DNA of 64,000 bases from Terriglobia bacterium (lineage in GTDB: Bacteria; Acidobacteriota; Terriglobia; JAJPHL01; JAPKYU01), in NCBI GenBank assembly GCA_965206645.1, contig CBDBKE010000002.1, positions 544,001 through 608,000 on the forward strand, in the 5' to 3' direction. Shown here one piece after another: positions 31,157 to 40,276 of this stretch. Under the pieces are notes generated by a model. It worked only from the letters and a program-made list of their open reading frames with translations. It had not been told where the DNA came from and made no database searches. Each line of letters starts with the position of its first letter. Position 1 is the stretch's first letter. Both the position numbers and the translations under genes were made by a program.

Positions 31157-31635
31157 TTGGCGCGGCCCTGGGTGATCTCAGCCAGGGCAAGCTTGCTGCG
31201 CCGACGCCTCTGGCGGACCACAGCTTTCTTCCGTGATAGCCGCATAGCCTGAACCAGTTCCCCGTCGATGAACGGCGCGGCCGTTGCGCCAACCAGCAAA
31301 CCCACCAGTAGCCGCCCCATGGCCCAAGGCGGACGCAGCCCCAGCCACTCGCTGCCCACGTCGGCGGCCAGCAACAGGCTGGCCGCCGCCAGAGTCCGCG
31401 GCCGCGCCCGAAGCCTGATCAGCAGCGCCAGCACTGCTCCGGCATAAATGCCGAAGCAGCGCGCGCACACCGCCATGGGACCGCCCGCAAACCACAACGC
31501 CCGTTCCGTCTGCTGGTGGCACACCGTCTGGAACAACAGGTACACCCAGGCAGAATCGAGCAGCGATGCCAGGCCGGCCAACAACATCACAACCACGGCG
31601 CCGGCCAGCAGGACAATGTGGGGGGTGCGAATCAT
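31153..31635 (-). CDS. DUF2085-like membrane protein
   Basis: VCHQ..ER...MAVCARCFGIY. Confidence 0.85.
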   Translation of the reverse strand: MIRTPHIVLLAGAVVVMLLAGLASLLDSAWVYLLFQTVCHQQTERALWFAGGPMAVCARCFGIYAGAVLALLIRLRARPRTLAAASLLLAADVGSEWLGLRPPWAMGRLLVGLLVGATAAPFIDGELVQAMRLSRKKAVVRQRRRRSKLALAEITQGRAN

Positions 31636-31694
31636 GATTTACCGGCTGTCTGCTATACCGGAGCGCATTCTCCCAGACGATCAGGAAAAGAAGA

Positions 31695-32870
31695 TCAGGA
31701 AAACGCTGAAATCCCGGTGATTCTCTCGCCGATCGCCAGGGTGTGGATGTCGTGCGTGCCCTCGTAAGTCTTAACCGACTCCAGGTTGCACATATGCCGG
31801 AAGACGGGGTACTCGTCGCCGATGCCGGTGGCTCCGAGAATGTCACGAGCCAGGCGCGCCGTTTCCAGCGCCATTTCCACGTTGTTGCGCTTCAGCATGG
31901 AGATATGGGTGTGGTGGGCGCGGCGGGCGTCCTTCAGCCTTCCCACGTGCAGCGCCAGCAACTGCCCCTTGGTAATCTCGGTGATCATCCAGGCCAGCTT
32001 CTGCTGGACCAATTGGTGGCTGGCGATGGGTCTGTTGTCGAACTGGCGGCGTTCGAGCGCGTACTGCCGGGCGGTCTCGTAGCAGGCCATGGCCGCCCCC
32101 AGCGCGCCCCAGCCGATGCCATAGCGCGCCTGGTTCAGACACATCAGCGCTGCTTTCAACCCATCGGTGCCGGGCAGCAGGTTTTCGCATGGGATCCGCG
32201 CGTCCTGGAGCGACAGGCTGCTGGTGACCGAGGCCCGCAGGGAAAATTTTCCCTTGATGTCGCGCGCTGTGAGCCCCGGGGTGCTCTTTTCCACCAGAAA
32301 GCCGCGAATGACGCCGTCCTCCGTCTTGGCCCAGACGAGCGCCAGGTCGGCGATGCTGCCGGAGGTGATCCAGGCCTTCTCGCCGTTGAGCACGTAGTGG
32401 CGCCCGTCCCGGACGGCGCGGCTGCGCAGGCTAGCGGGGTTGGAACCGAAGTCGGGTTCGGTCAATCCAAAGCAGCCAATGGCCCGGCCACTTTGCAGCC
32501 GCGGCAGCCACCGCTGCTTTTGCTCCTCGGAGCCGAACTCCAGGATCGGGTACATGACCAGCGCGCCCTGCACGCTGGCGAAGCTGCGCAGTCCGCTGTC
32601 GCCCCGCTCCAATTCTTGCATCATCAGGCCGTACTCGACGTTGGACATCTCGGCGCAGCCATAGCCTCGCAGGTTGGCCCCGAGAAACCCCAGCTCGGCC
32701 ATCTTCGGGACCAGGTGCAACGGGAATTTCCCCTCCCGGTTATGCTCCTCGATGATGGGAATGACTTCGTTCTCCACAAATTCGCGGGTGGTCTGACGCA
32801 CCAGCAGCTCCTCGGAGCTGAACAGCGAGTCCACCTCCACGAAGTCCACGCCGCGAAACGGAAAGGCCAT
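31695..32870 (-). CDS. Acyl-CoA dehydrogenase (glutaryl-CoA dehydrogenase-like)
   Basis: GCFGLTEPDFGS, NQARYGI, TYEGTHDIH. Confidence 0.9.
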   Translation of the reverse strand: MAFPFRGVDFVEVDSLFSSEELLVRQTTREFVENEVIPIIEEHNREGKFPLHLVPKMAELGFLGANLRGYGCAEMSNVEYGLMMQELERGDSGLRSFASVQGALVMYPILEFGSEEQKQRWLPRLQSGRAIGCFGLTEPDFGSNPASLRSRAVRDGRHYVLNGEKAWITSGSIADLALVWAKTEDGVIRGFLVEKSTPGLTARDIKGKFSLRASVTSSLSLQDARIPCENLLPGTDGLKAALMCLNQARYGIGWGALGAAMACYETARQYALERRQFDNRPIASHQLVQQKLAWMITEITKGQLLALHVGRLKDARRAHHTHISMLKRNNVEMALETARLARDILGATGIGDEYPVFRHMCNLESVKTYEGTHDIHTLAIGERITGISAFS

Positions 32871-32898
32871 TAGCTCGCTCTCAGCCCAGCCATTTTTC

Positions 32899-32981
32899 TC
32901 TTAGCCTGGTCTTAGCCCGGTCTTAGCCCGGTCTTAGCCCGGTCTTGGTCTTGGCCTTGTCTTAGCCTTGTCTTAGCCTGG
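32899..32981. repeat. 11-bp tandem repeat (TCTTAGCCCGG), about 7.5 units
   Basis: Read directly; lies between the divergent acyl-CoA dehydrogenase and sigma genes. Confidence 0.9.
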
Positions 32982-33089
32982 CTCTTGGGCCGAAAGCCCA
33001 GTATATGCCCTCTGCCGTTGCTCCCAAAGGAATCACCCTTACGGAAGTGCGGGCCGCCCCAGGGCCGCGTATAATCTTTGGAAGAAGTC

Positions 33090-33932
33090 ATGACGGCGGC
33101 AGAATTCCAATCCCGCTACCGTCGCCTGCTGGAGCAGCTCTACTCGGCGACGCCCGCCTCCTCCCGGGGACTGCCACTGGAGGCTTTCGCTCAGGCAGCG
33201 CACGCATCGCTGGAGAAATACGGCGGGGAGGGCAGCGTCGAGGAATACCTGCGCTCGGTCCGGCTGCGCGATCTGGCGCTGGCGGCTGCCTGTGCGCACG
33301 GCGACGAGCGGGCCTGGCGGCAGTTCTTTGAGGAACTTCGCGGACCGCTGCGGGCGGCTGGCCGCGCGCTAGCGGGCCCGCGCGGAGAGGAGCTGGCCGA
33401 CGCAATGTTTGGCGAACTCTACGAGCAACGGGCGCGGCTGGCCTCCTTCGCCGGGCGCAGTTCGCTGGCAGGGTGGCTGCGCGCGGTCCTCTACCAGAGC
33501 TACGTGGATCGCTTGCGCTCGGAGAAAAAGGAAGTCTCATTGGAGGAGCGTGAATCAGCCGGCCAGGTCGTATCCGCGGCGGCAGTTGCGGATCCGGTCG
33601 AACAGGGACAATACGAGCGCATGGCCCAGAACGCGCTAGAAACGGCTCTCGAGCGCCTGCTGCCGCGCCAGAAGTTGCTGTTGGATTTTTACTATTTTCA
33701 TGGGCTGACCCTGCGCGAGGCCGCCGCCCTGGTAGGGGTGCATGAGGCCACGGCCAGCCGCGAGCTAGACCGGGCTCGTAGCCAGTTGCGCCAGACTCTG
33801 ACTAGCATCCTAAAAAAAGAGCACCGGTTGGAGGAGGACGAGGTGAGGCGCTGCCTGTATCAGGCTGTGCAGGGCCGCTTGGAGATTCGGCGGAGCGTGC
33901 AAGATCGCGGCACGCCTGCCGTTCAGAAATAG
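33090..33932 (+). CDS. ECF sigma-70 factor
   Basis: DLALAAACAHGD, FAGRSSLAGWLR (region 2), GLTLREAAALVGVHEATASR (region 4); TATAAT at 33070. Confidence 0.88.
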   Translation: MTAAEFQSRYRRLLEQLYSATPASSRGLPLEAFAQAAHASLEKYGGEGSVEEYLRSVRLRDLALAAACAHGDERAWRQFFEELRGPLRAAGRALAGPRGEELADAMFGELYEQRARLASFAGRSSLAGWLRAVLYQSYVDRLRSEKKEVSLEERESAGQVVSAAAVADPVEQGQYERMAQNALETALERLLPRQKLLLDFYYFHGLTLREAAALVGVHEATASRELDRARSQLRQTLTSILKKEHRLEEDEVRRCLYQAVQGRLEIRRSVQDRGTPAVQK

Positions 33933-33940
33933 GGGCCAAA

Positions 33941-35416
33941 GTGCACGTACCGGACGACCACACGCCTTTGGAGGACTTGCTGCGGCGGCGAAACTGGGAG
34001 GGCGCGGCGGGCGGTGAACTCTGCAACAACGCCGAGCTGCTGGCCGCGTACGCGGAAGGCCAGCTCCCCCAGACGACCCGCGAGCGCTTCGAGCAGCATC
34101 TGGCCACCTGTGCGGCCTGCCAGGCTGCTGTGGTGCGTCTGGTGCGCTTGGCACCGCAGGAATCGGCCGCTGGTGCCGCCGCCGCAGGAACGCAGACCTC
34201 CCGGGCGCCCCGCATTTCACCTGTGTTTCGCTGGCGTTGGGCACTGCCCGCATTGGCCGGCGTGATCCTGACGGGGTCGTTCATCTATTACGAGCGCTTC
34301 CAGATCGTGGCCCCCCGCCCCTCCACTGCGCCTGGCCGCGTTGCTGAGCAGGCGGCCCCGGAGCCGGAGTCGCCGACAGGTTCGCCACTCGCCCAGGCCC
34401 CCGCGCCTCAGGCTCCCGCAGAGGTCGCCACCAGTCGCGGCGTCCCGCTAGGCGAAGCTGACAAGGCGCGCCCAGTTGAGAGAACGACAGTCAGGGGAAC
34501 GACAGTTGGGGGAACGACAGCGGCAGTGGCTACTGAGGAAGAGGAGCGGCTGCCGCAAACACGGCGAGAGTTCCAAGGCGGCTTCGCCGAACAAGGGGCG
34601 CGAGCAGCGGATCCTGTCCCGGCCGCTGCGCCTCCTCCGCCCCCATCGGCGTCTCCATCCGGAGCAGATCGGCTCGCGCAACTTGAAAGTTCCGCTGCAC
34701 GCGCGCTCAAGACGAAAGACGGACCGCAGGTGCTCGACGATGCTGTCGCACAGAGCGCGTCCGAGGCACAAGCCAAGACCTCAGTGACTAACAAGCTTGC
34801 CGACCGCCGTCGAGCCCAGCCCGCTCCGAAGCCGTCGCGATCGAAGGAATTGCGAAGGACGCAAGCCGAGCCGAAGAACGCGGCCAAGAGCGTCCTGACC
34901 CTCGAGGACCGGCTCGCCAAACGCGCCGATTTGGCTAAAAAAGAGGAGACTAGGCGGTCCGGAGCTGAGGGCCATCAGTACGCTAGAGCGGAAGCGGTCG
35001 GCGCGGCAACGGGGCTTAAGGGGCGCGACGCTCAGACGCGCGGGCCGTTCCGCAAACAAGTCCTGGCCGCGACGCACCGCCTGGCTCTAACTATCTCCGG
35101 CCTGCTGCTGGTGTCCCCCGCCGAGTCCAACGAATGGCAGCCGCTGATCATACCGACGGGCCCGTCGGGCTCGTCAGGCACGGCGGTCACCAATTTCGCC
35201 GTTTTCGGCGATCACCTGTGGGTGCTGTTGCCCGGAGGCCGGGTGGCGCATTCTGTCAACCTGGGCCGAAGCTGGTATCCACTGGTCGAGACGGGAGCAA
35301 AAGATCCTGTGACTATCTCCTTCACGAGCGCGCTTACTGGCGAAATCCTGACCCGCTCCGGACGCCGCCTGCGCACCGCTGACGGCGGCCAGACTTGGAA
35401 GCCGGTGCCGAAATAG
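33941..35416 (+). CDS. Zinc-finger anti-sigma factor with TM helix and C-terminal Asp-box (YCF48/BNR-like) domain
   Basis: HLATCAAC (HxxxCxxC), one TM helix, SVNLGRSW and TADGGQTW boxes. Confidence 0.82.
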   Translation: MHVPDDHTPLEDLLRRRNWEGAAGGELCNNAELLAAYAEGQLPQTTRERFEQHLATCAACQAAVVRLVRLAPQESAAGAAAAGTQTSRAPRISPVFRWRWALPALAGVILTGSFIYYERFQIVAPRPSTAPGRVAEQAAPEPESPTGSPLAQAPAPQAPAEVATSRGVPLGEADKARPVERTTVRGTTVGGTTAAVATEEEERLPQTRREFQGGFAEQGARAADPVPAAAPPPPPSASPSGADRLAQLESSAARALKTKDGPQVLDDAVAQSASEAQAKTSVTNKLADRRRAQPAPKPSRSKELRRTQAEPKNAAKSVLTLEDRLAKRADLAKKEETRRSGAEGHQYARAEAVGAATGLKGRDAQTRGPFRKQVLAATHRLALTISGLLLVSPAESNEWQPLIIPTGPSGSSGTAVTNFAVFGDHLWVLLPGGRVAHSVNLGRSWYPLVETGAKDPVTISFTSALTGEILTRSGRRLRTADGGQTWKPVPK

Positions 35417-35543
35417 AGTGTGTGATGGCCCCGCAGGCGCTGCCACTGCTTTGGCAGAAGGGGGATTCCGGCGGCAAATTGCGACGGGTACGCTGCAGTT
35501 GCTGCAGTAGTGGTTCTGGAGAGGCCGGGACGACGGCTGCCTG

Positions 35544-36416
35544 CTAACTCGTTTTAGCCGGGGCGGGCGCGGCCACCGGTTCATACTCGTACTTGCCGCC
35601 CTCGCCGGCGCGCACATAGCCCCAGGGGTGTTCCGCGTCGTGTACGAAGACGCAAAGCCAATTCTCGGAGGCGGCCTGCGCAAGAAGGCGCTTCTTGTTC
35701 TCGATGGTCTCCAGCGGAAACAGGTCGAACGCCATGACCCAGGTGGGATTCAGGTGGGCAGTGGAGGGGACCAGATCGGAGAAGTAGGCGCAGGTTTGCC
35801 CGCCGGACTGGATCAGCACTACCTGCAGGTTCCGCGTGTGCCCCGGCGTGACCCGAACAACCAGGCCCGGCGCCAGGGTGGCGTTGCCGTCCAGCAGCGT
35901 CATCTGGCCGCTGCCAACCAGTGGTTCGTAGTTTTCGTCCAGGTAGCTGACGCGGTCGCGGTCATGGCGCAGGTGGGCATGCTCCCACTCGCCGCGCTGC
36001 ACGAAGTAGCGGGCCCGGGGGAAGACGGGCATTGCCCGGCCGCCCTGCCAGCGGGTGTTGCCCCCGCAATGGTCGAAGTGCAGATGTGTGTCGACGACTA
36101 GTTCTATGGAGTCAGGATCAATGCCGCGGGCTGCGATGTCTTCCGGCAAGCTGCGCTGCCGCGCGACACCGTAGAGGCGAACACGCTTCTCGTCTAATTT
36201 CTCGCCAATGCCGGTTTCGATTAGGATCGTGTGGCGGTCGCTGCGGGCCACCAGGCAGTTCAGTCCGACTCGAATGCGATTTCCCTCGTCGGCTCCCTTT
36301 TTGCGGCTCCACAGTGCCTTTGGAACCACGCCGAAATAGGCGCCCCCATCCAGCTGGTAGGTGCCGTCGGAGACCAGGAACAGCTCATAGTCGCCCAGGG
36401 TGATCCGATCCGGCAT
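35544..36416 (-). CDS. MBL-fold metallo-hydrolase (YtnP-like)
   Basis: LDGGAYFGVVPK, THLHFDHCGG, PGHT. Confidence 0.9.
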   Translation of the reverse strand: MPDRITLGDYELFLVSDGTYQLDGGAYFGVVPKALWSRKKGADEGNRIRVGLNCLVARSDRHTILIETGIGEKLDEKRVRLYGVARQRSLPEDIAARGIDPDSIELVVDTHLHFDHCGGNTRWQGGRAMPVFPRARYFVQRGEWEHAHLRHDRDRVSYLDENYEPLVGSGQMTLLDGNATLAPGLVVRVTPGHTRNLQVVLIQSGGQTCAYFSDLVPSTAHLNPTWVMAFDLFPLETIENKKRLLAQAASENWLCVFVHDAEHPWGYVRAGEGGKYEYEPVAAPAPAKTS

Positions 36417-36430
36417 CGGCTGTCGAACTG

Positions 36431-36799
36431 CTAGTTGCGAACGTACTTGCGACCGCGTTCTACCAACTCTGAGGCATCTTCCACGAATTCCCGGCCCCGG
36501 TCCACCACTTCCCGGCCGCGGTCGTAGAGTTCATGCCCCCGGTCGGAAACGAAGTCGCGCGCGTCCTCGGCTCGGTCGGAAACGAAGTCGCGCGCGTCCT
36601 CGGCTCGGTCGGAAACGAAGTCGCGCGCGTCCTCGGCTCGGTCGGAAACGAAGTGCTGCGCCTTACTGGCCTTCCTGGAAAGATAGCGGCGCGTGACTCG
36701 GCCAGAGCGGGGCGCGTACAGCAAAGCCACTGCTGCCCCGAAGCTGACCCCAGCCAAGAACCACAGCACCCCGTTGCCACCTTCCTCGTTGTATCTCAT
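36431..36799 (-). CDS. YtxH-domain protein with internal 11-aa repeats
   Basis: GAAVALLYAPRSG..TR; (DFVSDRAEDAR)n. Confidence 0.85.
   Translation of the reverse strand: MRYNEEGGNGVLWFLAGVSFGAAVALLYAPRSGRVTRRYLSRKASKAQHFVSDRAEDARDFVSDRAEDARDFVSDRAEDARDFVSDRGHELYDRGREVVDRGREFVEDASELVERGRKYVRN
36540..36654. repeat. 33-bp perfect coding tandem repeat, 3.5 copies
   Basis: cggtcggaaacgaagtcgcgcgcgtcctcggct x3 plus a partial copy. Confidence 0.95.
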
Positions 36800-36981
36800 G
36801 GCTTTTCCTCCTGGGCTTTTTCCTCCTACTCTGCGCAGCGGCAAACACCATCACCCGCCGCCGCTACTACCATTTTAACACAGTCTAGAGCGGTCTCTGG
36901 CCCCGGCCATACCGTGCCGGCAGACGTCCGGCCTCAGGCGTTACCAAGGTGCCAACACTCCGAGAATTCGGCAATGAGGAG

Positions 36982-37010
36982 TTGCTGGCCAGTTCGTTTA
37001 TGGCTATAAT
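36982..37010 (+). promoter_or_regulatory. Putative sigma70 promoter
   Basis: TTGCTG-17 nt-TATAAT. Confidence 0.55.
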
Positions 37011-37099
37011 CGGCCTCTTCACGAACCTCGGGGAGAGTGGAAAGCACCCATTCACTGGGGTTCTCAGAGAACGTTCGGCTCGCGCTAGGTCAAATCTGT

Positions 37100-37201
37100 A
37101 TGCGCACGATCTTTTTTGGCCTCTTGAAGAGGACACTGCTTGTGGCGGCTACGGTCAGTGTGCTTGCCGTGGCTGCCGCCCTGCTTCTTTACAGAATATA
37201 G
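37100..37201 (+). CDS. Small hydrophobic peptide, 33 aa (MRTIFFGLLKRTLLVAATVSVLAVAAALLLYRI)
   Basis: ATG..TAG read by hand; single TM helix; upstream promoter. Confidence 0.45.
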   Translation: MRTIFFGLLKRTLLVAATVSVLAVAAALLLYRI

Positions 37202-37240
37202 CGCTCTGCCTTCCTCGTATCAGGGTTCCCGCCTCGGGTT

Positions 37241-38731
37241 CTACTCCTCTTTCGGCGTTGCGCCTTCGGATCCATGCAGGGCCCGCGGTCCCAAGCCAAG
37301 CAGCTGCTCGGCTTCCGGCGGACCCCAGTCACCGGCTGCGTAGAAGTGCACCGGGCCACGCTGTTCGAGCAAAGGCGTGTACAAGCGCCAGGAAGCTTCT
37401 ACTTCATCATCGCGCACGAACAGAGTCTGGTCACCGGCGAGGATGTCCAGCAGGAGTGTCTCGTATCCGTCTGGAAGAGGAGCAAAGGCCTCCTCATAGC
37501 GGAAGTGGAGACGATGTGTTTGGAGCGTTAGTTGCTGGCCCGGGGTCTTCACTTCGAAGTGCAGGTCGAACCCTTCCTCAGGCTGCAGCGTGATCACTAA
37601 AGCGTTCGAGTGAATCTTGCACGAGTCAAACGGTTGGAAGAAGGTTACCGGAGGACACCGGAACCGGACCGCAATCCGGCTCACTCGGCGGGGTAACCGT
37701 TTGCCGGTCGACAGATAGAACGGCACACCGTGCCAGCGCCAGTTCGCTATCTCCAGTCGGACCGCCACAAACGTTTCGGTCTGCGAGTCGAGGGCCACAC
37801 CAGGCTCCTCCCGGTAGGCCGGCACCTCCGTGCCGTTCAGTTTGCCTCGGCTGTATTGACCGAGGACGACGCTCTCCGGACGGATACGCTCAATCGATCG
37901 CAGCACTTTAACTTTTTCGTCACGGATGGAGTCGGCGTCAAAAGCCACAGGAACTTCCATGGCTGTCAGTGTTAGCAACTGGGTCAAGTGATTCTGCACC
38001 ATGTCGCGCAAAGCACCGGCTTGTTCGTAGTAGTCAGCCCGCTTCTCGACTCCTAAACTTTCCGCCACGGTGATTCCTACACTGTGTACCCGGTCGCGGT
38101 TCCAAAGAGGTTCGAAGAGGGCGTTGGCGAAGCGGAAAGTAAGCAAGTTCTGTACTGTTTCCTTGCCCAGGTAGTGGTCAATCCGATAGACCTGCGATTC
38201 CTCAAAATAGCGATGAACCAGGCCGTTCAGTTCCCGGGCAGAGACGAGGTCGCGCCCAAAAGGTTTCTCGATCACCAGACGGGTCCAGCCTGAACTGTGG
38301 TTCAACCCCGCATCGGCAAGTCCTGTGATCGTAGCCGGGAACGTTGCTGGTGACAGCGCCAAATAGAAGGCTCGGTTCCCCGGCAGGCCGTGTGCCTGCT
38401 CCAGCTCGGCAATGCGCCCGGCCAGAGACCGGAAGTCTTCCGGGGTGCCTTTGCCAATCGGCTGGTAGAACAGACACTGATCGCACCAACGGCTGCTGAA
38501 CTCCCCTGCTTCTACTCCCTCAGCCTTCAAGGCCTCCCGCGCCAGCGCCCGGAAGCCGGCCTCACCCGGCTCGCTTTTCCGGGCCACACCCAGAATCAGG
38601 CAGCGATTGATCTGCCCACTGGTGGCCAGGCGATAGAGCGAGGGCAGGAGTTTGCGGCGCATCAGGTCGCCGGTCGCGCCGAAGACCACGAACAAATGGG
38701 CATCTGTGCGAGGATTGGGAGGCCCGGTCAT
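37241..38731 (-). CDS. zwf: Glucose-6-phosphate dehydrogenase
   Basis: [26 protein letters not shown]. Confidence 0.96.
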   Translation of the reverse strand: MTGPPNPRTDAHLFVVFGATGDLMRRKLLPSLYRLATSGQINRCLILGVARKSEPGEAGFRALAREALKAEGVEAGEFSSRWCDQCLFYQPIGKGTPEDFRSLAGRIAELEQAHGLPGNRAFYLALSPATFPATITGLADAGLNHSSGWTRLVIEKPFGRDLVSARELNGLVHRYFEESQVYRIDHYLGKETVQNLLTFRFANALFEPLWNRDRVHSVGITVAESLGVEKRADYYEQAGALRDMVQNHLTQLLTLTAMEVPVAFDADSIRDEKVKVLRSIERIRPESVVLGQYSRGKLNGTEVPAYREEPGVALDSQTETFVAVRLEIANWRWHGVPFYLSTGKRLPRRVSRIAVRFRCPPVTFFQPFDSCKIHSNALVITLQPEEGFDLHFEVKTPGQQLTLQTHRLHFRYEEAFAPLPDGYETLLLDILAGDQTLFVRDDEVEASWRLYTPLLEQRGPVHFYAAGDWGPPEAEQLLGLGPRALHGSEGATPKEE

Positions 38732-38732
38732 C

Positions 38733-39641
38733 TCATGTGTCTCGCTTCACCGCGTGGCCGCCGAATTGCTCTCGCATGACGGCGAGGAGTTTGTCCGCAA
38801 ACGGTTCGGTTTCCCTCGAGCGGAAGCGGCGCTGCAAGGCCAGAGTGATGACCGGAATGGAGCAACCCAGCTCGATTGCCTCCAGAACCGTCCAACGGCC
38901 TTCCCCAGAATCGGCCACATAGGGCGCAATGCCTTCCAGTGTGGGATTCTCGTTCAGAGCCTGCGCCGTCAAGTCGAGCAACCAGGAACGCACCACGCTC
39001 CCGTGCCTCCAGATTTCGGCGATCCGCTGCAGGTTCAGGCCGAATTCGCTCTTGCTCTGCATCAGGGCAAACCCCTCGGCGTAGGCCTGCATCAGGCCAT
39101 ATTCAATGCCGTTATGAACCATCTTGACGAAGTGCCCGGCGCCGCTCGGACCCACGTGTCCCCAGCCCTTGTCGGCAGCCGGCGCCAGTGTCTGGAAGAT
39201 GGGCGAGAGCCGCTGGACGACCTGCGCCTCGCCGCCGATCATCATGCTATAGCCCTCCTGAAGACCCCACACGCCGCCGCTGGTGCCGGAATCCACAAAT
39301 TGCAGCCCTTGCTCTTTGACTGCCGCAGCGCGTCGCATCGTGTCCTTGTAGTTGGAATTGCCACCATCTACGATCACGTCATCTTGGTTCAACAGAGGCA
39401 ACAGCGCCTCTATCGTCTCATCCACCGGGTTGCCAGCCGGGATCATCAGCCAGACGACCCGGGGCGGCTTGAGCTGCTCCACAAGATTCGGCAGCGAATC
39501 GGCGCTGACCGCGCCTTTCTCCACCGCCCGCCGGACCGATCCTGGATCCTGGGCGTAGCCCACTACGCGGTGGCCGCCGCGTAAGAGCCGCTCGACCATA
39601 TTTCCCCCCATACGGCCCAGCCCAATCATCCCCAATTCCAT
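38733..39641 (-). CDS. gnd: 6-phosphogluconate dehydrogenase (short, decarboxylating)
   Basis: [32 protein letters not shown]. Confidence 0.95.
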   Translation of the reverse strand: MELGMIGLGRMGGNMVERLLRGGHRVVGYAQDPGSVRRAVEKGAVSADSLPNLVEQLKPPRVVWLMIPAGNPVDETIEALLPLLNQDDVIVDGGNSNYKDTMRRAAAVKEQGLQFVDSGTSGGVWGLQEGYSMMIGGEAQVVQRLSPIFQTLAPAADKGWGHVGPSGAGHFVKMVHNGIEYGLMQAYAEGFALMQSKSEFGLNLQRIAEIWRHGSVVRSWLLDLTAQALNENPTLEGIAPYVADSGEGRWTVLEAIELGCSIPVITLALQRRFRSRETEPFADKLLAVMREQFGGHAVKRDT

Positions 39642-39655
39642 GGCATCCCTCCCCG

Positions 39656-40276
39656 CTATCCAGAGTTAACGTCTATGCCGTGCTCCTGAAGCTCCCGGCG
39701 CAACTGCGCTGGATTTTGATAGTGAACGGTCCGCATGCCCAGAAGCTGCGCGCACTCCAGGTTCAAGGCCCGGTCGTCAATGAAGAGGCATTCTTCCAGA
39801 GCCCGCCGGGTAATTTGCGAGGCCAGGCGGTAGATCCCGCGCTCAGGCTTTTTCACACCCAGAAAGCAAGAGCTGAAAAAGGCAACGAAGTAATCGCGCA
39901 ACCGAAACTGTTCGATGCGGTAGAGGTTCAACTCCAAGGACTCGTTGTTCAGTGCGGCCATCAGATACTTCCCGGAGCTCGCCAATCGCTCCACCAGCGC
40001 CAGCACCTCGGGCAGCGGCTGCGATTGAGTAAATATAGAGGTCTTGAAGTCGTCCTGACTAAACGCGCGCGACCGATAAAAGACAGTTCGCCGCAAGTAC
40101 TCATCGAGCGTGAGGAGACCTTTCTCGAAGTCAGCCACTACGAGGTCATGCCGATCTTCAAACTCTTCCCAATCCAAGTGGAACTGCTCGGCAGCCCGGC
40201 GGCGCGCCTCGCGGTCCCAACCATTGGTCAGCAGCACGCCGCCCACATCCCAAAACAGCGTGGTGATCTCAGCCAT
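39656..40276 (-). CDS. HAD family phosphatase
   Basis: WDVGGVL, KP, FIDD. Confidence 0.9.
   Translation of the reverse strand: MAEITTLFWDVGGVLLTNGWDREARRRAAEQFHLDWEEFEDRHDLVVADFEKGLLTLDEYLRRTVFYRSRAFSQDDFKTSIFTQSQPLPEVLALVERLASSGKYLMAALNNESLELNLYRIEQFRLRDYFVAFFSSCFLGVKKPERGIYRLASQITRRALEECLFIDDRALNLECAQLLGMRTVHYQNPAQLRRELQEHGIDVNSG

Noticed and set aside
36540-36654. CRISPR-like 33-bp repeats
   Set aside because: Head-to-tail with no spacers and in frame within the YtxH gene.
36885-36970. tRNA or integration site at the accessory-region boundary
   Set aside because: No cloverleaf, T-loop motif or integrase found.
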